Part shown: positions 49,863 to 57,101 of the stretch, piece by piece | Layout of the letters: each line of letters begins with the position of its first letter | Position numbering within the stretch: the first letter of the stretch is position 1 | From: Flavobacteriales bacterium UBA720 | GTDB lineage: Bacteria; Bacteroidota; Bacteroidia; Flavobacteriales; Weeksellaceae | Assembly (NCBI GenBank): GCA_002297505.1 | Contig: DBLQ01000110.1 | Location: 6,569-70,568 of the forward strand | Reading direction: 5' to 3' | DNA length: 64,000 nucleotides | Program-made: the position numbers and the translations under genes | Notes under the pieces: model-generated | Told to the model about the DNA's origin: nothing | Seen by the model: only the letters and a program-made list of their open reading frames with translations | Databases searched by the model: none

Positions 49863-50171
49863 ATGTCAATATTTTCAGATAACATCAGGGTTTTAAGAAA
49901 CAAGAGGAACTTATCTCAGCAGAGCTTTGCAGAAAGTCTTGGGATGAGTAGAGTCCGTTATTCGAAATATGAAGATGGCCGCTCGGAACCGCCTTATGAG
50001 ATTCTGATTACGATATCAAAGTTCTTCCACATCAGCATCGATTTGCTTCTGACCGTCGATATCCGGAAATATCCTCTGGAAGACATGATGAATCTGCCGG
50101 ACAGAGAAATGGTCTCGGAAATCAGAAAAGATATTAAAGAATTGGATAACAAAGTTTCAAATGAGAAGTAA
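49863..50171 (+). CDS. XRE-family HTH regulator (short, no evident peptidase domain)
   Basis: NIRVLRNKRNLSQQSFAESLGMSRVRYSKYEDGRSEP HTH_3 pattern; ATG at 49863. Confidence 0.88.
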   Translation: MSIFSDNIRVLRNKRNLSQQSFAESLGMSRVRYSKYEDGRSEPPYEILITISKFFHISIDLLLTVDIRKYPLEDMMNLPDREMVSEIRKDIKELDNKVSNEK

Positions 50172-50193
50172 TTTTAGAACATACAGCACCGAT

Positions 50194-50802
50194 ATGCAGC
50201 TCAGTTTGTTTGATGCCGGCGATTATTACCAGTTTCCAACCGAATTATTGGATTATACTGAGCATTTTCTGTCTGAGGAAAGAGCTACAGAAATTGAAAA
50301 GAATCTGATCGAGAATGTGCCATGGAAACAGAGCACGCAGAAGATGTTTGACAAAGAAGTCCTGACGCCACGTTTGACGGCCTGGTACGGCGATGATGAA
50401 AAATCCTATCATTTGGGAGGCAACGAATTCAGTGTCAATGCCTGGACGCCGGAACTTCTGGGACTGAGATACAAAATCCAGAAACTGACAGGTCATCAGT
50501 TCAATTCTGTTTTGCTTAATCTTTACAGAGACGGCAATGATTCTGTTGCCTGGCATCGGGATAAAGAAAGCGAGTTGGGGAATAGACCGGTAATTGCTTC
50601 GGTCAGTTTCGGACAAGTGCGAAATTTTGATTTCAGGAATAAGGATAATCATAGGAACAAATATTCTTTGCCACTTCAGCACGGTTCCTTACTCATTATG
50701 AAAGGCGATTTACAGACCAATTGGGAACACCGGATTGCCAAGTCCAGCCGACCGATGCAGCCACGCATCAATCTCACTTTCCGTAATATCCGGGAATTGT
50801 AA
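50194..50802 (+). CDS. alkB: Alpha-ketoglutarate-dependent dioxygenase AlkB (ALKBH2/3-like)
   Basis: PRLTAWYG, NSVLLNLYRDGNDSVAWHRD, WEHRI, RINLTFR. Start may be 50161 or 50194. Confidence 0.92.
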   Translation: MQLSLFDAGDYYQFPTELLDYTEHFLSEERATEIEKNLIENVPWKQSTQKMFDKEVLTPRLTAWYGDDEKSYHLGGNEFSVNAWTPELLGLRYKIQKLTGHQFNSVLLNLYRDGNDSVAWHRDKESELGNRPVIASVSFGQVRNFDFRNKDNHRNKYSLPLQHGSLLIMKGDLQTNWEHRIAKSSRPMQPRINLTFRNIREL

Positions 50803-50812
50803 ATTAATTGCT

Positions 50813-50846
50813 AAAAAAACCGACTGCATCCAAGTCGGTTTTTTTT
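50813..50846. terminator. Bidirectional terminator; left copy of a 32-bp direct repeat
   Basis: AAAAAAACCGACT-gcatcca-AGTCGGTTTTTTT. Confidence 0.85.
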
Positions 50847-50892
50847 ATTGGCCTAGTTATAATTGATTTGTTATTCTGAATGGTGCTCATCG

Positions 50893-51074
50893 GATCGAGA
50901 CTGTATTTTATACGATTAAGACCATGCCTTGTTCGATTGAGACGGAGCTTTGTTCGATTAGGATTATGCTTTGTTGGATTAAGACGGGGCCTTGTTGGAT
51001 TGGGACTATGCTTAATTTGATGGAGACCGGGCCTTGTTGGATTGAGACCATGCTCTTTTGGATTGTAATTGTCC
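50893..51074. repeat. Degenerate 21-bp tandem array (8 full units plus a partial), alternating into a 42-bp period
   Basis: GAT-initiated units at 50893, 50914, 50935, 50956, 50977, 50998, 51019, 51040 and 51061; consensus GATTRAGACnnnGCCTTGTTS. Confidence 0.9.
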
Positions 51075-51153
51075 CTTAAGACACTGAAACGCAATAACAA
51101 ATTGTGCTACTGTCTTTATTTTTATGAGCACGAATTATAAAATCATCCATCGG

Positions 51154-51229
51154 GATCCCTGCACCGCTCAGTATGACATATCTGATACAAACGGTTAAGA
51201 TCAAATTTGTCAAACTGGGCAAAGCCGAA
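51154..51229. repeat. Degenerate REP-like inverted repeat
   Basis: GCTCAGTATGACA ... TGTCAAACTGGGC; resembles the element at 52712-52804. Confidence 0.5.
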
Positions 51230-51249
51230 ATAAGGTATCAGTGTTATTG

Positions 51250-51975
51250 TTATCTTTTTTTGAATTTTATGCGGGCTATTGCTTTGTACTGTGCCGAATC
51301 TGAGTCAAGAATGGTGAACAGATAGTCTTTTGCAGTGTTGGCAACATCTACCAGGTTATCTTCTGCCTGGTAAAGCGTGGCATTTCTAAGGCTGCGAGCG
51401 TTATTGAGCGGAATGAACGTATCTGCTACGGACTGCGTGGTCGCCAGCATCTGGTTTTTTTTGGACTGATAGGTCTTTACCTGGTATTCTATCTCGTTCG
51501 GGTTGTAGTTTGGGGTGTTCTGCAACAGGGAAATGAGCGCGTCCATATTATTGGTACGCTGGTCATAGCTGAGCTGGGACACGGAATGGATGTCATCTGC
51601 CTGGTCCGGCTCTGTGGGCGAGGTGAGTTTGGTTTTCCGTACACCTTTGAGTTTCCGAATAATGGTCATGAGGTCTTCCAGCTGCTGTGTAGTGACACCT
51701 TCCGTGGCTTTGTATGCCTTACGGAGTTTGGAAAGGTCTCTGTTGAGAGGTTTGAATACGGCTTCTCTTGCATCTACTGCCAGGGCATAGGGCGAGAGTA
51801 GGCTATTGACATCTTCCTGCTGTGCGAGGGCTGTGTCATACAAATTTTGCAGGTTTGAGAGCTGAATTTTTGAGTTGGCTGGCTTGTAAATGCTGCCAAG
51901 TGCTGAGATGTTGCTGATAAGCAGGTTCAGATTTGCAATGTTTTTTGCGTGCCCTGTTTCTGAGGATGATGCCAT
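51250..51975 (-). CDS. Uncharacterised, probably alpha-helical protein (MASSSETGHAKN...)
   Basis: 241-aa ORF 18 bp downstream of the XRE gene; amphipathic-helix pattern; basic C-terminus; no signal peptide. Confidence 0.85.
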   Translation of the reverse strand: MASSSETGHAKNIANLNLLISNISALGSIYKPANSKIQLSNLQNLYDTALAQQEDVNSLLSPYALAVDAREAVFKPLNRDLSKLRKAYKATEGVTTQQLEDLMTIIRKLKGVRKTKLTSPTEPDQADDIHSVSQLSYDQRTNNMDALISLLQNTPNYNPNEIEYQVKTYQSKKNQMLATTQSVADTFIPLNNARSLRNATLYQAEDNLVDVANTAKDYLFTILDSDSAQYKAIARIKFKKR

Positions 51976-51993
51976 AATTTGTGTTGTTTGGGT

Positions 51994-52215
51994 TTATGAT
52001 ATGTTTTGTATGACTTGTGTGAGGTCTGCGAGGGATAGATTAAAGAGATTACACGCAGCAATCATGAGCGGTAGGCTGGCATTGAGATGGCCATTTTCTA
52101 TTTTGGAAAGCTTGCTTTGGGAGATGCCAAGCTGTACTGCTAATTCTTCCTGGGAGATGTTTCTCTCTTCACGAAGTTTTTTGATACGGAAACCGATATC
52201 TTTTGTGTTTTTCAT
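51994..52215 (-). CDS. XRE-family HTH regulator
   Basis: IGFRIKKLREERNISQEELAVQLGISQSKLSKIENG. Confidence 0.92.
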   Translation of the reverse strand: MKNTKDIGFRIKKLREERNISQEELAVQLGISQSKLSKIENGHLNASLPLMIAACNLFNLSLADLTQVIQNIS

Positions 52216-52314
52216 CGTTTTTATGTTTTTGTAGTACAAATGTATATAGAATCATTTATTTTAAGGAAATTAGTTTAGGTTAAATATTGTTAAATTTTTC
52301 ATTCTTCTTCCTTT

Positions 52315-52331
52315 TATTCCAAAATGGAATA
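52315..52331. promoter_or_regulatory. Palindromic operator-like box 1
   Basis: TATTCCA-AAA-TGGAATA. Confidence 0.7.
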
Positions 52332-52459
52332 TTTTATCAGAAACTCCCCTTATATTTTTGTTCTTTGATTTACGATTTTATGGATGGATTTTATATTGTG
52401 GTTCTGGTGGTTATTATAGCCGCAGCCTATGGGCAGAAAAATAAGTTAAAGAAATAGTG

Positions 52460-52612
52460 ATGATCAATCGAAAATATGCGAAATACATTTTTATATGTGT
52501 GGCTGTGATCAATTTTATTGTGATGGTGATTGATAAGAATCATCCATATTGGCTGTCGGCAAGTATTTTTCTTGTATTGGCTATTTTGCACTTTTTTGAT
52601 GTCAAATATTAA
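52460..52612 (+). CDS. 50-aa two-TM microprotein (immunity-like); not in the ORF track
   Basis: MINRKYAKYIFICVAVINFIVMVIDKNHPYWLSASIFLVLAILHFFDVKY*. Confidence 0.5.
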   Translation: MINRKYAKYIFICVAVINFIVMVIDKNHPYWLSASIFLVLAILHFFDVKY

Positions 52613-52624
52613 AGGCTGTACGAT

Positions 52625-52641
52625 TATTCCAAAATGGATTT
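52625..52641. promoter_or_regulatory. Palindromic operator-like box 2
   Basis: TATTCCA-AAA-TGGATTT (2 mismatches to box 1). Confidence 0.6.
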
Positions 52642-52711
52642 TTGCTTTAGCCAGATTATAACCTTATTGGCGTGATATTGTAGCTATCCGTCAACACTTG
52701 TATTAACGAAA

Positions 52712-52804
52712 CCCTTCGACAAGCTCAGGGTGACATTGCTAATACTAATTGTAATAATGAAGTGTTTTTTTGCTGATCTCAGTTTATTCTGAGCCTGATG
52801 AAGG
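52712..52804. repeat. REP-like inverted repeat
   Basis: CCCTTCGACAAGCTCAGGGTGACA ... TTATTCTGAGCCTGATGAAGG. Confidence 0.55.
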
Positions 52805-52896
52805 AAGTTATTAGTAGGCAAAAGGATAAGGTATTGCCTAGTCAAAAGTTTAAGCCATTTTTAAGAATTTATAATTAATTCTTAATAAAATACTAT

Positions 52897-52913
52897 TATT
52901 CCAAAATGGAATA
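52897..52913. promoter_or_regulatory. Palindromic operator-like box 3
   Basis: TATTCCA-AAA-TGGAATA, about 80 bp upstream of the precursor ATG. Confidence 0.7.
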
Positions 52914-52994
52914 GGAAATTATCAATATTCTTTCAAAATTTGTTCAACGGTTTTCACGAGGAAAACACAAATAATAAATTAAAATTTTTTACAA

Positions 52995-53186
52995 ATGAAA
53001 AAATTAGAAATTTCGCAAATGGAGAGTTTGCAGGGAGGAAAAATGACTTGGAGAGAGTGTATGACTTGGGCAACAAGTCAGCCAGAATCATGGTTTTTAG
53101 GTTTAGCGGCAGGATTAACAGGAGGTGGAGCAGTAGTAGGTATGGCTATTGGATATTCTGCTGCTTGTGCATATATAGCATCTTAA
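52995..53186 (+). CDS. Double-glycine leader bacteriocin-like precursor peptide
   Basis: Leader MKKLEISQMESLQGG; 48-aa hydrophobic Gly/Ala-rich core with two Cys; C39 exporter downstream. Confidence 0.85.
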   Translation: MKKLEISQMESLQGGKMTWRECMTWATSQPESWFLGLAAGLTGGGAVVGMAIGYSAACAYIAS

Positions 53187-53196
53187 AATTTAAAAA

Positions 53197-53442
53197 ATGA
53201 AATCTTACAAAGAAATATTTGGACTTATTTTATTTGTTCTATTAGGCTTTTCTTTAGTTTTATTATTATTTGAAACTAGAAGTCATCAAAACTATAAGTA
53301 TGGATACTACGGTATGGTATTGTCTTTTTTAATGGTTTTTGTCCTTTCTAATTTTTTTCCAAAATTAAAAAAGATGGAAGTAGGGACAATCAAATTTTTT
53401 CCAAATCTTTTAAAGTTTTTATTTTCGAAGTTTAAAAATTAA
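53197..53442 (+). CDS. Small basic membrane protein, candidate immunity protein
   Basis: Two TM segments; starts 10 bp after the precursor stop. Confidence 0.65.
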   Translation: MKSYKEIFGLILFVLLGFSLVLLLFETRSHQNYKYGYYGMVLSFLMVFVLSNFFPKLKKMEVGTIKFFPNLLKFLFSKFKN

Positions 53443-53479
53443 AAAGCTATGAAAGCATTTTTTTGCTTTCATAGCTTTT
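53442..53479 (+). terminator. 16-bp stem hairpin after the precursor/immunity pair
   Basis: AAAAGCTATGAAAGCA/TGCTTTCATAGCTTTT. Confidence 0.75.
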
Positions 53480-53485
53480 ATTATT

Positions 53486-54130
53486 ATGAAAAATATCTTA
53501 CTTTTTACTATCATAACAGTAGTTTATTTTGCACTTGTTTTTCTTGATAGAAGTTTTATTTCAACACAATCAAAAATCTTCGATTTTCTTTCCAAAGATT
53601 ATCCAAATGATATAGTCCAAAACTATATGGAAAGCCAGAAAAAGTGGTGGTGGGTAGGTTATGCAGTAACGCCTGTGCTTATTGGTATAAAAGTTTTATT
53701 GGTGGCTTTTTGTCTCAACTTTATAAAGCTTCTGGATCTGGAAGGATTGGAGAAAGTGAAGTTTTCGGATTTTGTTTTCCTGGCGCTCATTGCGGAGTTT
53801 GTCTTTGTGCTGGCGGGTGTCTATAAATTTGTTAATTTTTATTGGATCGATACGGATTATACTCTCGAGGACCTGCAAACGTATTATCCCATCTCACTCA
53901 TCAATCTGCGGGAGCATATCTCTATGGAAAAATGGCTGGCTTATCCGCTGCAACTGGTGAACCTGTTCGAGCTTTTCTATTGGGGGATCCTGGCGTATGG
54001 CATCTACGAACTGTCTGACCAGAAGATAAAGCCTCTAAAATCTTTCGGACTGGTAGCGATGACCTATGGTGTGGGATTGCTGTTCTGGACGGGAGTAGTT
54101 TGTTTTTTAATTCTTAGTGTGCAGTATTAA
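53486..54130 (+). CDS. Multi-pass membrane protein of the peptide cluster (Yip1-like topology)
   Basis: About 5 hydrophobic segments; YPLQLVNLFELFYW. Confidence 0.75.
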   Translation: MKNILLFTIITVVYFALVFLDRSFISTQSKIFDFLSKDYPNDIVQNYMESQKKWWWVGYAVTPVLIGIKVLLVAFCLNFIKLLDLEGLEKVKFSDFVFLALIAEFVFVLAGVYKFVNFYWIDTDYTLEDLQTYYPISLINLREHISMEKWLAYPLQLVNLFELFYWGILAYGIYELSDQKIKPLKSFGLVAMTYGVGLLFWTGVVCFLILSVQY

Positions 54131-54321
54131 TGATGATATTTCATAAAATCAGAAAAAAGACAGTTGTATTTTGTTGCGCAATACTTTGTGCTGCAGTCAC
54201 AGTATATTTATCCATAAAAACCTTAACGGAAAACAAAATCGGCTGGAGAGATTGGGTGTTACCCATCGTATGGCTCAGCATTACCGTATCATACTTCTAT
54301 AATTGGAAAAAGTCTGCTTAA
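54130..54321 (+). CDS. Small two-TM protein
   Basis: 63 aa; start overlaps the upstream stop codon. Confidence 0.55.
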   Translation: MMIFHKIRKKTVVFCCAILCAAVTVYLSIKTLTENKIGWRDWVLPIVWLSITVSYFYNWKKSA

Positions 54322-54418
54322 TCATAAACATAAATTCTTTCGGTATTTATAGTCTTGTTTTGTATATCTGTATAAAGCTGTCCGGAATCTCATTAAGTGA
54401 TTACTATAAGGAAAAAAT

Positions 54419-54943
54419 ATGACCAATAAAAAAACATTAAAAATAGTTGCAGTGATAATTCCTGTCCTGATGGTAGGTATTATGATATACCTTTTCCTTA
54501 ATTTCCAAAAGAAGAAACAGAAAGTAGAGGCATTGAAAAGTATTCCTGCTTTTTCAGTGCAAGATATCCATGGCAAATCTGTAACGAATACGAATCTCCC
54601 GGAAGGCAATAAGGTTTTCGTGTACTTCAATCCGGAGTGTGAATATTGCCAGGCTGAGATGGATGAACTTTCTGAAATTAGTCAGAAACATCCGGATATC
54701 AAGTGGATCATGTTTACAGATAAGCCACTTTCTGAGATCAGGGCTTTTGCACAAAGATATAAGCTGGATAATGCCGAAAACATCCGGTGGTGCAACGATC
54801 CCAAATCTGAAGTGTATCTTAAATTTTCTATGACAGGGATTCCTTATTTTCTTGGCTACAATTACCAAAACAAGCTTGTCCACAGAAGTACTGGTGCTAT
54901 AAAAGTAGAAAAAGTTCTAGCCGATTTTGATGAAAAAAAATAA
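54419..54943 (+). CDS. Membrane-anchored thioredoxin-fold (TlpA/redoxin) protein
   Basis: N-terminal TM anchor; YFNPECEYCQAE CxxC motif; GIPYF cis-Pro loop. Confidence 0.85.
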   Translation: MTNKKTLKIVAVIIPVLMVGIMIYLFLNFQKKKQKVEALKSIPAFSVQDIHGKSVTNTNLPEGNKVFVYFNPECEYCQAEMDELSEISQKHPDIKWIMFTDKPLSEIRAFAQRYKLDNAENIRWCNDPKSEVYLKFSMTGIPYFLGYNYQNKLVHRSTGAIKVEKVLADFDEKK

Positions 54944-57050
54944 GTTGATCCAAAAAACATTTACGCTGCAGAAAGACCAAACCGACTGTGGTGTGGGATG
55001 TTTGCAATCTCTGGCACGATATTATGGAGGCGATGTTTCTTTAGAAACTTTGAGAGAAAAAAGTGGCACTTCCAAAACAGGAACCACCTTGCTGGGACTC
55101 TTCCAATGTGCTAACGAGATCGGTTTTGATGCCGAAGGCTGCGAGGCAGACACGGATGCCCTGATAGAACATGGAGAGCCTGTGATTCTGCACATTATTA
55201 TTGATCAAAAACACGAACATTATGTTATCTGCTATTATTATGATTCTGGTGGGAATTCTCAATTTTGTATTGGAGATCCTGCAAAAGGTATAGAATACTG
55301 GAGCAAAGACCAGCTGGAAAAGGTGTGGATTTCAAAAAGTTGCCTGACACTGCGCCCCAACCAGCATTTCCAAAAGTCGCAACAAACCAATAAGGAAAAA
55401 ATCAACTGGCTCAAAGACTTGATCCGTGAAGATCACGAATGGCTCTACACCATTATTTTTCTGGGTGTCATTTTTACATTGCTTGGAATGTCTATGTCTG
55501 TTTTTTCACAGAAATTAATCGATGATATTCTTCCCAAAAAGAAGCTCAACTTACTTTTTCTTAGTATAGGTTTTCTGGGATTTCTTTTGTTAGGAAGAGT
55601 AATGGTGCAAGCATTACGGGAGCTTTATATTATCAAGCAGAGCAGGGCGTTTAATCTAAGAATCAATGAGAGATTTTATTCATCATTGCTATACTTGCCA
55701 AAGAAGTTCTTTGATAGCAGAAAAACAGGTGATTTTGTAGCGAGGCTAAATGACACACAAAGAATACAGAATGTTATAAAACTACTGATCACCAATACAG
55801 CGACCGATATATTATCTGTTCTGATTTCTATCGGTTTTCTATTTTACTATTCGTGGAAATTAGCCATTTTCTGTCTTCTGGTTTCACCTATTGTTTTTTA
55901 CATTATTTTCCGGTTTAACAAGAAAATAATTGAGTCCCAGAAAAATGTAATGCAAGCGTATAGCAGTAACGAAGCCAATTATATCGACAGCATAAGAGGA
56001 ATAGATGTTGTTAAAAACCTTTCTAAGCAGGAACTTTTCTTGAAGAAGAATCAAATTATTTTTGGAAACTTTCAGGGAAGGATTTTTGATCTAGGTAGAC
56101 TAAATCTGAAGATAACGCTTTATTCCGGGCTGGTTTTGGTTTTTGTCTTGCTCGGAATCTTAGGATTCTCTTCCTATAATGTGCTTAATAATGAGATTAG
56201 AATCGGTGAACTTATGGCTATTATAGGGATTGCCAGTTCGTTGCTAAGTGCCATCACCAATCTGGCCTTGACAAGTATTCCCATTCAGGAAGCAAGAGTC
56301 GCATTTGACAGAATGTTTGAATATTCTTCTCTAAAACCTGAAAATGACGGGATAGAAAACATCTCTGCACTCAGTTCCGTTGAGTTAAAAGATATAGATT
56401 TCAGATTTAATTGTAGAGGTAAGCTATTGGATGGTATATCTATTAAATTTGAAAAAGGCAAAGTTGTCTGCTTATTGGGTGAAAGTGGCAGCGGGAAAAC
56501 CACAATTACTGAAATTTTATTGAAGAATTACCATCCTGAAAAGGGCAGTGTTATAATTAATAACGCCCAGTTTTTGGATAATATGAGTGTGGAAAAATGG
56601 AGAAATTTTGTAGGTGTTGTTCCTCAGAACATACAACTGTTTAATGGTAGTATCATTGATAATATTGTTTTGGATGATATTATCAATGAGGATAAACTGG
56701 CCTCACTGATTTCTTTGGGCTTTAAAAAGTTCATCAATTCTTTGCCGCAAGGTTTTATGACACTCGTTGGCGAGGAAGGTATTAATCTATCTGGTGGACA
56801 AAAGCAATTACTAGGCTGGATGAGAGCCCTGTACCATCAGCCGGAATTTCTGATTCTAGATGAGCCTGTTTCTTCTCTTGATGAATCAAATCGAAATTTT
56901 ATTTATCAGCTCATTGATCAACTTAAGGGAAACAAGCTGATCTTTATTATAGGTCATCAATTCGAAGATCTCAGCAAGATCTCGGATCAAGTATTCATAC
57001 TCAAGGATAAACAAATTATCAATTATAGTACATTACAATTATACAATTAA
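54930..57050 (+). CDS. Peptidase C39-containing ABC transporter (PCAT)
   Basis: QKDQTDCGVGCL, EHYVI, GDPAKG; TM domain; GESGSGKT, LSGGQKQ, LILDEP. Confidence 0.95.
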   Translation: MKKNKLIQKTFTLQKDQTDCGVGCLQSLARYYGGDVSLETLREKSGTSKTGTTLLGLFQCANEIGFDAEGCEADTDALIEHGEPVILHIIIDQKHEHYVICYYYDSGGNSQFCIGDPAKGIEYWSKDQLEKVWISKSCLTLRPNQHFQKSQQTNKEKINWLKDLIREDHEWLYTIIFLGVIFTLLGMSMSVFSQKLIDDILPKKKLNLLFLSIGFLGFLLLGRVMVQALRELYIIKQSRAFNLRINERFYSSLLYLPKKFFDSRKTGDFVARLNDTQRIQNVIKLLITNTATDILSVLISIGFLFYYSWKLAIFCLLVSPIVFYIIFRFNKKIIESQKNVMQAYSSNEANYIDSIRGIDVVKNLSKQELFLKKNQIIFGNFQGRIFDLGRLNLKITLYSGLVLVFVLLGILGFSSYNVLNNEIRIGELMAIIGIASSLLSAITNLALTSIPIQEARVAFDRMFEYSSLKPENDGIENISALSSVELKDIDFRFNCRGKLLDGISIKFEKGKVVCLLGESGSGKTTITEILLKNYHPEKGSVIINNAQFLDNMSVEKWRNFVGVVPQNIQLFNGSIIDNIVLDDIINEDKLASLISLGFKKFINSLPQGFMTLVGEEGINLSGGQKQLLGWMRALYHQPEFLILDEPVSSLDESNRNFIYQLIDQLKGNKLIFIIGHQFEDLSKISDQVFILKDKQIINYSTLQLYN

Positions 57051-57052
57051 TC

Positions 57053-57084
57053 AAAAAAACCGACTGAATCCAAGTCGGTTTTTT
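57053..57084. terminator. Bidirectional terminator; right copy of the 32-bp direct repeat
   Basis: AAAAAAACCGACT-gaatcca-AGTCGGTTTTTT. Confidence 0.85.
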
Positions 57085-57101
57085 GTTTTAAGCTATTCTG
57101 T

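Larger units (their letters stand above)
50813..57084. mobile_element. Putative inserted accessory islet bounded by direct repeats (no mobility gene seen)
   Basis: 31/32-identical repeats 6240 bp apart enclosing only accessory genes. Confidence 0.45.

Noticed and set aside
50893..51074. CRISPR array
   Set aside because: Units are contiguous 21-mers with no unique 25-45 bp spacers, and no cas genes are in the window.
50804..51100. 98-aa ORF (NPTRPGL repeats) as a real gene
   Set aside because: It is a translation of the 21-bp array, has a TTG start and runs through the terminator; several frames stay open simply because the period is a multiple of 3.
52940..53200. 86-aa ORF overlapping the precursor
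   Set aside because: Alternative frame of the GG-leader peptide gene, which has much stronger support.
45564..57084. Prophage or ICE
   Set aside because: No integrase, relaxase, terminase, structural or conjugation genes were recognised; only HTH regulators and cargo.
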